A stretch of 64,000 nucleotides of DNA from Malacoraja senta (taxonomy: Eukaryota). The stretch lies in assembly GCA_038087875.1 (NCBI GenBank), contig JAXLNO010000556.1, positions 1-64,000 on the forward strand, written 5' to 3'. The notes under the pieces are model-generated. The model was not told the origin of the DNA. It ran no database searches and saw only the letters and a program-made list of their open reading frames with translations. The translations under genes and the position numbers were made by a program. Positions 34,988 to 47,574 of this stretch are shown here, piece after piece (the stretch's first letter is position 1; each line of letters starts with the position of its first letter).

Positions 34988-37579
34988 ATTCACAGGGATG
35001 ACCGGAGATATTTGAAATTTAGCTGGATGAGGAAATGATAACAGTTAAAGCGTTGCAAAATATGCTAACTTCAGTTCCCAGGCTATTTACCAAATTTCTA
35101 AAACCGGTGCTTGGGCTGCTTAGAGTTCAAGAAACACTTGTTGTGGCCTACCTACATGATATTCTAAACGCTGTATTTTGCTAAATTTAAACTGTTTCGG
35201 CCGCACACTATATTTGAGAAATTGGAGTTTTAAATCCATCTAGTTAAGTTGATACCAACTAGAGTTATCGATTATTGGAATCTATCTATAACTCTATTAA
35301 TTTACTGTGACTCCGCCCTGCGGCAAGAGATTGGAATTAATAAAAGCCTGTAACAACCTTGTTGTTATCATGCAGCCTCTATTCATCAAGTGTAATTGGC
35401 AATATAGTGGCTGTGTTTTCAGCTGTGCATTTGGACCTTTGCATTATCAGAACTTACAGCGTGCAAAGGAGTAACTTCTTCAGTGCCATATAGGTCATTA
35501 TTAACAGACCTATGCTATTACCAACTGAAGCTATCAAAGTCATAATGGTGGACGAACAGTATTCAACATAGCTCCTGTAACATTTGCTCAGTAACTCTTC
35601 AGTTTTATTAAAAACGGATGCTAGTACTCAAAGATGAAAAATTACGAATACCATCTCTAGTTACGCAGGCGGATCGGCTTTGCATGATGTACCATATTTC
35701 AGTTATATGGTATCAACTACCTATAAGACATTAGGTGTATTCTATGGGTCAAACGTTTATTGTGCGAATCTGCATAATGTGCATGCTCAACTCCAAGTTG
35801 ATACACTATGGTGGTGGCATATGTTAATCACAAGGGTGCAGTCAAGATAAATATCCTGTGACAATTTACCTAACCTCATTTGGCACTGGTATATCATCAC
35901 GTAAAAATCTATGACAACACAGAATGGATGATGTATCACAACGTATTTAATGACATTGTGGTTCAATGTAACACCGAATATCAATATGTTTACATCCGGG
36001 CTCAATCACCATTGTAAAAATATGTGGCACAGTGGCAATATATGTATTCTCGCTACATTGAAGAGGAATGTTCTTTATGTCTTTCCTCCATTTTGCCTCA
36101 TCAGTCGGGTCTTGCACAAAATCCAGCAAGATCTCGCCACAGGCAGTTCGTACTGCCTGACTGGCCTATGCAGCCATGTTTCCCGCAAAATGTTGGGAAT
36201 AATATAGGACCTTATATGGTTATCCTAAACACTAAAATTTGGTGGTTCAAACCCGGTACTCGGGAAACCATCCTCTGCATGATAAAATCAATTTATAGAC
36301 TTGCAGACTCTGAGAGACCGTTCCGGCGGCTCGGGTTGCCAGACTGATCTATGTACGTGCTCACTGCAGAGTGCAGGGATAGCACCGGAAAAGCATCGGG
36401 AGATGGGAAGGGTTTTGTCCTCATCGGGAGATGGGAAGGGTTTTGTTTTAATGCCAATGTTACATATAATACGGCACGGATAACTAACGTCTCGGAGTTC
36501 ATTTTCAGATGGGTCTTTGATAATTAATTAACTTACATTACCATTAACTGTGCCAACGTGCTTGCTCATCATAGTTGCTGCAGCGATCGCGACCCACTCT
36601 GTCGGGTCTCACCCTCTCATATCCAGATTTCTAAAGGATAACTTTAACGCCAATTCTCCCAGGCCCAGGTACTCGGAGATATGGGATGTTAGTAATTGTT
36701 CTAAAACTGCTACGCCCGTAGGGCCTAGCTACATCTCTATCCCTGATTCAAACCCACTTTCAAAGTGTTTATGCTCATGGCGCCAGTCTCACCGCTACGG
36801 GTCCAGCCACTAGTAAATTGTGACTGGACAGGATGGTTACATCTGCTGATAATATAATATTTTATTTTTGTGATATAGTTAAGCAGAGCAGACCAGGGGC
36901 GTCAGGTCCTAAACAATTTTTCATGGCATACCCCGTGGACCTTTGGTTGTCTGTGGTCACACATTTACAACAATACGTCAAGGTCACCAAGAGCCTTAGA
37001 GGCTCTGCACTAGCAATGTTTGTTAGTTTCTAAAAACCTCATGAAGGTATCAATCCAGACCATCTCCAGATGGTCAAACGGGTTTTGGCTTATGCAGCAG
37101 TAGATACTAATATTTTCTATCTCATTCCACTAGGGCTGCTACAATATTAGCAGCAAGGATTATGTACATTCCTCTGGATCACATCCTAGCGGCTGCAGGA
37201 TGGTCAAACGAACGAACTTTCCAACATTTTATAATAACCCCTTGCCAGACCGGTATTGTTTTGACAAATTCAATTTATGTTTTGTTCCATAGTTTCCCCA
37301 GGATGCTAGGGATCACTATTATTTTCCTTTGATGATTAAAGCATCAGCTTTTTTAACAAACTATGTCATGGCTGAATGCATTAATATTTTTCACACATCC
37401 ATGGTCAATTGATGCAGTGTGTGACGCCTGGACTCGTATTCGGCATGAAATCACAGAGCTTCAAAGTCTTCGCGTAGTCACTCACGTGACTCCGAAGTAA
37501 AATAGTAAGATTAAACGAGAACTTACCAGTTTGAAGTATGATCTTTATTTTATGAGGAGTTATGAGGAGTTTTACGAGG

Positions 37580-38895
37580 AGTCAACATGGATTTACGAAA
37601 GGTAAATCATGTCCGACGAATCTTATAGAATTTTTCGTTGATGTAACTAGTTGATTAAGAGTGGATAAGGGAGAACCAGGGGATGCGTTATGTCTGGACT
37701 TTCAGAAGGCTTTCGACAAGGTCCCACATAAGAGATTAATATACAAACTTAAAGCACACGGTATTGGGGGTTCAGTATTGATGTGGATAGAGACTGGCTG
37801 GCAAACAGGAAGCAAAGAGTAGGAGTAAACGGGTCCTTTTCAGAATGGCAGTCAGTGACTAGTGGGGTACCGCAATGCTCAGTGCTGGGACCCCAGCTAT
37901 TTACAATATACATTAATGATTTGGACGAGGGAATTGAATGCAACATCTCCAAGTTTGCGGAAGACACTAAGCTGGGGGGCAGTATTAGCTGTGAGGAGGA
38001 TGCTAGGAGGCTGCAAGGTGACTTGGATAGGCTGGGTGAGTGGACAAATGCATGGCAGATGCAATATAATGTGAATAAATGTGAGGTTATCCACTTTGGT
38101 GGGAAAAACAGGAAAGTAGACTATTATCTGAATAGTGGCCGATTAGGAAAAGGGGAGATGCAACGAGACCTAGGTGTCATTGTACACCAGTCATTGAAAG
38201 TAGGCATGCAGGTGCAGCAGACAGTGAAGAAAGCGAATGGTATGTTAGCATTCATAGCAAAACGATTTGAGTACAGGAGCAGGGAGGTTCTACTGCAGTT
38301 GTACAGGATCTTGGTGAGACCACACCTGGAGTATTGCATACAGTTTTTGTCTCCAAATCTGAGGAAAGACATTCTTGCCATAGAGGGAGTACAAAGGTTC
38401 ACCAGACTGATTCCTGGGATGTCAGGACTTTCATATGAAGAAAGACTGGATAGACTCGGCGTGTACTCGCTAGAATTTAGAAGATTGAGGGGGGTCTTAT
38501 AGAAACTTACAACATTCTTAAGGGGTTGAACAGGCTAGATGCAGGAAGATTGTTCCCGATGTTGGGGAAGTCCAGGTCAAGGGGTCATAGTTTTAGCATA
38601 AAGGCGAAATCTTTCAGGACCGAGATGAGAAAACAATGTTCACACAGGGAGTGGTGAATCTCTGGAATTCTCTGCCACAGAAGGTAGTTGAGGCCAGTTC
38701 ATTGGCTATATTTAAAACGGAGTTAAGTGTGGCCCTTGTGGCTATAGGGATCAGGGGGTATTGAGAGAAGGCAGGTACAGGATACTGAGTTGGATGATCA
38801 GCCATGATCATATTGAATGGCGGTGCTGGCTCGAATGGCCGAATGACCTACTCCTGCACCTATTTTCTATGTTTCTATGTTTCTATGTTTCTATG
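37580..38895 (+). mobile_element. 5'-truncated CR1 inserted in the DIRS-B ICR
   Basis: From SQHG through the 37783-38502 RT frame to the (TTTCTATG)n tail; ICR sequence resumes at 38896. Confidence 0.93.
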
Positions 38896-41800
38896 TTACG
38901 ATGAGCGATTACGTGCCCACCGCTCCCAACCCTCATATTATAAAGGTCATCTGGTAGTTCTAGTTCTCTCCAATCTTACTATGTTCATGTCAACAAGTTA
39001 TCTGTGATTTCACACCGCTGCTTTGAAGATTGACGCGCATGCGGTCTGACGGTTTTTTGCACGTAATCGCTCCACGTAACTCCTCATAAAAAAAGTCAAA
39101 CTTCAAACTGGTAAGTTCTCGTTTAATCTTACTATCTCATTGAAACATATACCATTGTTAAGGGTTTGGAAAAGCTAGAGGCAGGAAACATGTTCCCGAT
39201 TTTGGAGGAGTCCAAAATCAGGGGCCACAGTTTAAGAATAAGGAGTAAGCCATTTAGAACGGAGACGAGGAAACACTTTTTCTCACATAGAGTGGTGTGT
39301 CTGTGGAATTCTCTGCCTGGGCGGTGGAGGCAGGTTTTCTGGATGATTTCAACAGAGAGCTAGATAGGGCTCTTAAAATAGCGGAGTCAGGAGATATGGG
39401 GAGAAGGCAGGAACGGGGTACTGATTGGGGATGATCAGCCATGATCACATTGAATGGCGGTGCTGACTCGAAGGGCCGAATAGCCTACTCCTGCACCTAT
39501 TGTCTATTGTATGTCTATCACTTTTCTCAGATGATTAGCATTTGTAAGGTTAGGCAAAGGTTTACTATTGTGATATGTACCGAGGAATAGTGAAAAGTTT
39601 TGTTTTGCTTCGTATTCATTCAGATCGGATTGATCGTGCATAGGTACAAACAGTTCAAACTCAGATACATCAGATAGAGCAAAGGGGAATGTACAGAATA
39701 CAGAATATTGTTCCTGATGTTATGCTCAATATTGCCTTTTATATCTACGAATCCCAGAATTTTCCGTGAGTTTGTAAGGATGATCATTTGCTCATGCCAC
39801 ATTGCATAATTCCGTCCTACGTGAAACTTTTGAAGTGCAGTTGGAGAATTCTAATTCTGAAAAAACGCAGATTGTACAATGTGCAAAACGTATCATTTGA
39901 CTGTGCCGAAGTCCACAGCTGGAACAATGTATGGTGCAGAGCTTCTGTGAACCATGAGACATCCCGCTGGGTTCGTGGTGTTGTGAACAATTAATATGCG
40001 AAGGGCATTAGGTTTTAGCCTTACGTTTATTATTATCACATGTATCAAGGTACAGCCTAAAACTTGGTTGTGTATGCTGTCCAAACTGATCAGATATAAC
40101 ATATGCAGATTCAATTAGTTCAAACAGGAGGACAGAGAGTGGGGAGTTTTTGTATAAACACAGAGTGTGGTCAGTGTGTGGATTCGCACAGGTGTTAGTG
40201 GGTTTATAGAACGAGCTACCAGAGGAGGTAGTTGAGGTGTAAACCATCACAAAATGTAAACACATTTGGACAGGTACGTGAACAGGAAAGGTTGAAAATG
40301 CTAAGGGCCAAACATAGCAGGTGGGACTAGTGTAGATGGCCGAAGGGCCGAAGGGCCTCCTTCTGTACCTAGTTTCTATGGGGCACATTGGTCGGTTAGG
40401 GGAAGCTGGGCCGATGGTCTATTACTATGTAAAATAGATACAGAGTACAGAACACAGTTTTCACCATTGTATCGCATCGTTGTTCATCAGTTTGTGCGAC
40501 AACGCCCAATGCCACAATGGGTTAGAGGCTGTTGCGAGACACTGCCCAAAGTCACAATTTGCCCGTCGCAAACCAGCACCACTTCGTCGCTAATGATTTC
40601 AAGGATGATGAATGAATTATGTTAGAGGCAAATTGAACAGAACCTTATCTCTGGAAGTACTGTTAACGGAGGGTAGTAAGCTGTTCGTTTGTCCAGTGGT
40701 GCCCAGTTTCAGAACTGACCTAGGATTCAATCATTTCATACCTGATTACATTACTCTTCATTTCCCTATTGTCCAAAAAACATGTTCGTCCAGCCAAATT
40801 TGTACTTGATAAATGAGCATCACTTTGTTCTGAGTAGGAGGTACAGTTTATTCAGATATGTTTGCCAGGATAAATTCCATTTTATCTCAGTCACTCAATT
40901 CGTATTCTGAAACATTTATCCTAACTAAATTATCCAGCAACCCTTTGTGTATTTTGGTTAATATCCATCCTGTCAAGGCTTCTCAGAAGCCTACATTTAT
41001 TGTGTCAATAAAATCACTTGTCGTTGTTCCAAACTGCACCGAGTATTCGATCTGATAAACTGTTGGTCCTTTAGCGGACATTTTTTCCGAGGGATAAATC
41101 TCGACTTCACTCTCTGCACCGAGTTCAAAGACGCGTATCGTGTTCCTTGAAAGATATAACGTCAAAGCATAACAGTCTGAGGCCTCGGGGAAAAGGGTAA
41201 CTAGAGAGAGAGTGGGACGTCTCATGAATGAAAGCGTTCACCGCTGTGTAGATCCACAGGAGATGGACAAGATGCTCAATGAGTGCCTCTCCTTTGTATT
41301 TATCAACGATAAAAACAGTAGGACGGAGGATCTTAGGGCAGTCAATGGAAGTGTCTTGAGAGCACAGTGCTACCGTCGGAGAATTACTGAAGGTACTTCA
41401 GAGGGTTAAGATAAGGAGGCAAAATTTACAAGGAACTTGAATAGAAGACCTTTATACTCAGAGGGTGCTGGGTATATGGAACAAGCTATCTGAAACGTTA
41501 GTTGAGATATGTTGAAGCTGGTGCATTTCTACAGCCACAACGTTTGAATTGTAACAGCCAACTCTACAGTAGCAATAAGTAGGCATTATTGGCTATACCT
41601 GTTGAGCAATAAACGTTCCGCGTGAACAGATTTGCACCAATATTCAAGTGCGATGACGAGGCAATTTACACTCTAACTCGGGTGTGCTTGTGTTTTGCGA
41701 AAGTAGAGCATTTCGCCAATATCAGAGCATTTATGAGGTCTCTCACTTCTGATATTGGATATGTTTTCATCAGTCCACGGGCGTACTCTGGGTCTTCCGC

Positions 41801-41899
41801 GTATGCTTTCCTCTTGTACTTCAGATATCCCGGTCATTACTACGGTCTACAATTCAGTTTCAGCACTTTACTGTATTCTGCCTCCTGTCCCCATTCCTA

Positions 41900-42190
41900 G
41901 AGTCATAGAGTCATAGAGTGATACGTTGTGGAAACAGGCCCTTCGGCCCAACTCGCCCACACCGACCAGCAATGTCACAGCTACCCTAGTCCCACTTGCC
42001 TGCGCTTCCTCCATAACCCTCCTACCCCGTCCTATCCATGTTTCCTGTCCAACTGTTTTTAATCGCTGAGATAGTCCCAGCCTTAACTATCTCATCTGGC
42101 AGCTTGTTCCATACACACAACACCCTCCGTTTGAAAAAGTTACCCCTCTGATTACTATTAACCTTCAACCTATGTCCTCTGGTCCTCGCC
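41900..42190 (-). mobile_element. CR1-family 3' end with (CATAGAGT)n tail
   Basis: Tail repeats followed by ACAGGCCCTTCGGCCCA stem-loop-like 3' end. Confidence 0.75.
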
Positions 42191-42499
42191 TTCTCTTCGC
42201 TTTCTCCAGCAGTTCATTTGTGCTTAACGACTATGTATCGCTTTCTCTTGCATATCATTACCATCAGTGTCACATCGACTATCTTTGGCTCCGTCATTGT
42301 ACGAACATTCCCGCTCTTATCATAGTTATTACTGATGTCAAATTGTTAGGTCAGGTTCGGTCTATTAATTTCACATGCACCGAGGTACAGTGAAATGTTT
42401 GGCTTTACATGCTATTCACTCAGACCAGATATACAGCACATAGATACAAACAGCTCAAACTCAAATGCATCTTGTAGAGCAAAAGTAAGAAACAAAATG

Positions 42500-43740
42500 C
42501 AGAATAGTCCCGCGAGTTCGATGATAAGCTTGGATGGTGTAATGGTATTTAAGGCAGAGCTGCAGCCTCTGTATAGAAGTATGACGTAGGTGTCTCTCTT
42601 ATCCAGGTGTTCTGGGGATGAGTGTAGGGCTAGGGCGATGGCATCATCCGTGGACCTGTTGAGGCGGTAGGCGAACGGCAGTGGGTCAAGGCCGCTGAGT
42701 AGACTGGGTTTAATGCGTTCCATAAGTAGCATCTCAAACATTTCATGATGGTGGATGTCAAGGCCACTGGACGGTAGTTGTTTAGGCTTGAGGTCTTGCT
42801 TTTCTTCGGCAGTGGGATGATGGTGGTCTTCTTGAAGCAGGTGGTACCTGAGACCGGAGTAGGGGGAGATTAAAGTTGTCCCCAAATACTCCCGGGAGAT
42901 GATCCGCGCAACTACAAAGGACATGATCAGGACCACCGTCTGGGCCAGTTGCTTTTCGTGGGTTTACCCTCAGGAATGTCCATCTAACCTCATCTACTGT
43001 CACCATGGGGAGAAGCACACTGGAGTCTGAAGGGACCGTTGTCACCGCCCTGCTGGCCTGCTCGAAGCGGGCATAAAAAGCATTCAGTTCATCATGTAGG
43101 ATCCTACTGTCACCAATGATGTTGCCTGAACTTGCTTTGTATCCAGTTATCTTATTCAGACCTTGCCACGTTCTCCGTGTGCTCCAGTGATTATACTGGG
43201 ACGTAAGTTTTTACCGGAATTGGTTATTTGGATCCTTGATAGTTTAACGGATATCATATCGTGCCGTCGTTTGCTGCTCGGGATCTTTTGACTTGTATGC
43301 ATCTGACCTGGCCTTCACCTGTGAATGTCCATGTTTTCCACTCGGATTTACGTAGTCGGCACACAGTCACCCACTCACTTGCTGACGAAGTCACTCACAG
43401 CAGTGGCGTACTCATTCAGGTTTGCTGCAGAATCCCTGAATATGGACCAGTCCACTGACTCAGAGGAGTCGCGTGAGATATCATCCGTGTCCGTTGACCA
43501 GATTCTCACAACTCTATTCATCGGATCCTTCTGCTTCAATTGTTGTTTGTAGGCAGGGAGCAGAAGCACAACTAGGTTTTCAGATTTCCAGAAATGTGTC
43601 CGAGGGACAGAGTAATAGAGAACATTCCCTACAGGATTCCTTTGGCGAGCCTGGACGTGGGGACAAATAGAATGTACTGAACGTACACAGTGGGACAGGC
43701 GAATGCTCAGTAATGTTACTTGCTCCAGTTTGGCCATTTT
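42500..43740 (-). mobile_element. Degraded Rex/Babar LINE ORF fragments
   Basis: [46 protein letters not shown]. Confidence 0.85.
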
Positions 43741-43999
43741 ATTGTTTATTTAGCTGGGTTGGTGGGTGTGTGTTCATGTGTGTGTCTTCTCACACACGGT
43801 AGGAGTTATTTCATAGAGATCGTCAGGAGCACATATTAAGCTGGGAACACCAGCAGACAGAAACAGGAAAACACAGAGTGAGACATGTTTACTCACAGAG
43901 AGAAGTAGAAACATTCTCGGAAAGACGCATGGCCCTCCCCTAATTCTACGTAGTTTTGCCTTCTCCTGATTTCCCATTTGCAGGCGCATTCCCCTATTT

Positions 44000-44358
44000 C
44001 CAAGGTAGACAAAATGCTGGAGAAACTCAGCGGGTGAGGCGGTATATCTGGAGCGATGGAATAGGCGAAGTTTCGGGTCGAGACCTTTCTTCAGACTGAT
44101 GTGGGGGTGGGAATAAGAAAGGAAGAGGCGGAGACAGTAGGCTGTATGTGAGCTGGGAAGGGGAGGGGAAGGAGTGAGAAAGCAAGGACTACCTGAAATT
44201 GGAGAAGTCAATGTTAATTCCGCTGGGGTGTAAACTACCCAAACGTAATATGTGGCGCTGCTCCTCCAATTTGCGGTGGGACTCACTCTGGCCATGGAGG
44301 AGGCTCTGGACAGAAAGTTCGGATTCGGAATGGGAGGGGGAGGGGGAGTTGAAGTACT
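44000..44358 (-). mobile_element. Penelope-like element 3' end (GIY-YIG C-terminus plus terminal repeat)
   Basis: Minus strand reads RKLEEQRHILRLGSLHPSGINIDFSNFR, followed by CTGAAGAAAGGTCTCGACCCGAAAC and GCTGAGTTTCTCCAGCATTTTG. Confidence 0.8.
44060..44097 (-). ncRNA. Hammerhead-ribozyme-like motif, probably degenerate
   Basis: CUGAAGA, then GGUC-UC-GACC hairpin, then GAAAC; helices I and III are weak. Confidence 0.5.
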
Positions 44359-44359
44359 G

Positions 44360-45265
44360 TTTCCCAAATGCCAGTCAGTGACTAGTGAGGTGCCGCACGG
44401 CTCAGTGCTGCGACCCCTGTTACGTACAATATATATTAACGATTTAGACGAAGGCATTAAATGTAACATCACCATGTTTGCGGATGACACAAAGCTTGGT
44501 GGCAGTGTGAGCTGCGCAGCGTATACTATGAGGCTGCAACATGACTTGGATAGGTTAGGTGAGTGGGAAGATGTGTGGCACATGCAGTATAATGTGGAAG
44601 AACGTTAGGTTATCAGCTTTGGTAGCAAGAACAAAAGGGAGATTATTATCTGAATTGTGTAGGCGCAAGGAGGTCCTACTGCCGTTGTATGGGATCATGG
44701 CGAGACCGCACCTGGCATATTGTGTGCAGCTGTGGTCTCATAATTTGAGGAAGGATGTTCTTGTTATTGGGGTAGTGCAGCGTAGATTCACCAGGTTAAT
44801 TCCGGCAAGGCGGAACTGACATGTGATGAAATAATGGATAGACTGGGCTTGTGTTCACTGGAATTTAGAACGCTGAAAGGGGATCTTATAGAAACGTATA
44901 CAATTCTTTAGGGATTGGACAGTCTAGATGCAAGAAAAGTGTTCCCGATATAGGGGTAGCCCAGATCCACTGGCAAAAGTTTAAGAATCATGGGTAGGCC
45001 ATTTAGGACTGAGATGAAGAAAAACGTTTTTATTCAGAGAGTTGTGAATCTGTGAAGTTCTCTGCCACAAAGGCAATGGAGGCCAATTCACTTGATGTTT
45101 TCAAGAGAGTTAGATTTAGCTTTTAAGGCAATCAAGGTATTTGGGAAGAAAACAGGAACGGGGTACTGATTTTGGATGATCAGCCATGATCATATTGAAT
45201 GGCGGTACTGGGTCGAAGGGCCGAATGGCCTACTGCACCAACTTTGTATTTTTCTATGGTTCTAT
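44360..45265 (+). mobile_element. Degraded CR1 3' portion with internal deletion
   Basis: VPHGSVL, MFADDTKLGG, RPHLAYCVQLW and CR1 tail. Confidence 0.85.
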
Positions 45266-45999
45266 GGTGCAAGGTATGATTAGTAACTTTACAAATAAAT
45301 ACTAAGGCAAGTGTGGTGGTAGATTGCCAAGATGGATAAGACGAATGACGTTGGGATTTTGATCAGCTGCGAAAGTTGGCAGTGGAAGAGCGTATGGCAT
45401 TTAATTTGTATATTTGTGATTTGCTTTATTTTGGTAAGTCATGCCAGGTCTTTCTCAATGATCAGTTCGACCCTGCGGAGTACTGTAGAGCAGGGAGATC
45501 GAGGAGTTCGCGTCATAAAACTCTGAATTTGGAGTCGTGGGTCGTTAAGGTGGTAATGAAGATTTTGGCACGGTGTCTTTCACTAGTTACGGCAGTAAGT
45601 GCAGATGATGGGACGTTATATTACAGTTACAAGACGTTTGCGAGGCCGCGCTTGCTTGCAGTTCACCTGCCCTAAACTGGATGCCCCCATCATTCAAAAG
45701 CTCGATATTGCACAACAGCCAGGAATTATTCTCCAGGAATAGATCAGTGTGTCATAGTTCAGGGGTCTAAAACAGAACTTCGAACAGCTCGCTTCGGTTA
45801 ATAATAAATTAAATATTTTCTTTAAATAAAATTTTCTTTTTAACGAACGTACGTGGGTTCCAAATGATACCCAAACGTGGACAGTCCTTGAAGCACAATG
45901 AGGGTAACTATCTACATCATCTCAGAGAATCTTACAGTCACACAATAACGATGCTATTTATATAGTTATAGTCAAATCACCAACCAAGATATTTCGGAA

Positions 46000-46520
46000 C
46001 CAGCAGTCCACGTCACGCAAAATGTCCAAGCAATCTAGCCCAACTTGCCCACGATTGCTCCATAGCCTTCCAACCACTTCTATCCATATACTCATTGAAT
46101 GTCTCTTATACATTGTAATCGAAGCCATCTCTTCAGCTTCCTCTTGCAGCCATTCCACCTCACCACAACTACCTTTGTAAAAAGTGTTGCCTCTCAGTAT
46201 CTTCTGAATCTATCCATTCTGGCGTCTTCCAGCTTTAGACTCCCCAGGCTTGGAAAAACGACAGTAACCTTCTACCGTTTCCTTGCCCCTGATGATGAAA
46301 TACGTCTCTGTAATTTCACCCATCATTCTCCTAGTGTCCGGTGAAAACGTTCCAACCTGTCCATGCTCTCCTTAAATCTCAAACACGTCCGCCCCAGTAA
46401 CAGTTTAATGATTCTTACCTGCGCCATTTTGAATTCCATGTATTCCTTCCAATCGCTAGAAGACCATAATTGCGCATTGTAATCCAAGTTTGGTCTAAAA
46501 AATGATTTGTATAGTTCGGG
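46000..46520 (-). mobile_element. Highly degraded CR1-type 3' fragment
   Basis: LYKSFFRPNLDYNAQLWS resembles the CR1 C-terminal motif. Confidence 0.55.
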
Positions 46521-46569
46521 GGACCACCTGGAATAACAGCCCACTAAGTAACCGACCGGGTAATTCACC

Positions 46570-47220
46570 TCTACCATCGTGTCGGTGGTCCACATAGCAC
46601 CCAAAGTCAACGCCAATGTGGCACTGGACAATTTATACTCCGTCGTGTACAATACCCTGATGCCCTGCACATCATCTGCGGTGACTTCAATTGATCGTAC
46701 TTCAGGAATGCACTGTAAACTAAAATCAGCATATCCCCTGCCTCACAATGGGCGTCAACATTCTGGGCGACACCACCATCTAGTATGTCCACGGTTCCAG
46801 CACAACAACCATGCTCTCAAAGCCAGAAAGACCAGGGATCTGATTCTGGACTTCGGAGCAGGAAGGATGAGGTCCTAAAAACCTGTCTAGATCGACTGCA
46901 CGATGGTGGAGAGAGGCAAAAGCTGCAAATTCCTGTGCATGGAAGTCTTTGAAGATCTTTACTGGACCCAGAGCATTGATGCAATTATAAGACCTCTACT
47001 CCCTGAAAAGATTGCGGACATTCGGTATGTCGTCGAGTATTCTCTTGAACTTCCACAGGTGTACAGTAGAGAGCATATTGTCTGGTTGCACCACGACCTG
47101 GGTCGGCAACCTTAATGCCAGTAGCGAAGGAGACTGCAACATGTGATTAACACCGCCCAATCCATCACAGGTACTGACTTCCCCACCATCGAGGGATCTA
47201 CAACAGTCGCTGCCTCAAAC
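46570..47220 (+). mobile_element. Degraded Rex/Babar LINE fragments
   Basis: VVHIAPKVN, KTRDLILDF, VERGKSCKFL and a 3' region similar to 28588-29100. Confidence 0.65.
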
Positions 47221-47574
47221 ATTGCATCAATGGTCGACAGAGTGCAATTTGGGCTCTGAAATGTATTCACATCCATCCCATCCCAATTATTTTGTACACG
47301 GCAAACGAGCAGGAAACTGATAGAAACGGCTCAGAATACGAAACGGCACAAAGATGTTGAGGTCCCCGTTTGTGGATTGTGTTGAGCAGAACTTCCTTCA
47401 AGGCCGCTCATCCCGCCCATTGTAATTCATACTGAATCAGTTTGGTGTCCGGTAACTTTACCTGGTGGTTTCTGACATTGTTACTGAACCTGCTGGTCAG
47501 TGATGCCGAAGATTTACCTTCCATCACTGGGTCCGTAGCCCTGTGGACGTACACTCCAAGTACGCATCTTAGTG

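Larger units (their letters stand above)
32750..39135 (+). mobile_element. DIRS-B: second DIRS1-like element, head-to-tail with DIRS-A
   Basis: ITRs (about 32779-32811 vs 39031-39063); ICR 37467-37560 plus 38896-38915; RT remnants IDLKDAY...HRDDRRYLKF and VAYLHDIL; RNase H TDAS; methyltransferase-like YVFPPFCLISRVLHKIQQD; recombinase SHSTRAA...ILAAAGWSNERTF at about 37120-37220. Confidence 0.9.
20491..39515 (+). mobile_element. Near full-length CR1 LINE (5'UTR, ORF1, ORF2 with internal deletion) hosting nested CR1 and DIRS insertions
   Basis: TATCA duplicated at 20486-20490 and 39516-39520; ORF1 from about 21670; endonuclease VMGDFN...NDH at about 23300-23920; deletion at about 24520; reading broken at 25180 and resumed at 39136 (GAGAGGGG|AT|CTCATTGAAAC); (TATTGTC)n tail. 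Confidence 0.88.

Noticed and set aside
36395..36447. Short tandem duplications here and near 9196 and 19970
   Set aside because: They look like ordinary slippage duplications in decayed sequence.
30920..37250. Bacterial or phage contamination suggested by methyltransferase and recombinase motifs
   Set aside because: These are standard DIRS domains, bounded by DIRS termini and interrupted by host LINEs.
40983..41225. Inverted similarity to about 20010-20080 (LGAE.EVEIYPS) as an exon
   Set aside because: Neighbouring IEYSVQFG resembles the CR1 LEYCVQFW motif, so an old CR1 relic is more likely.
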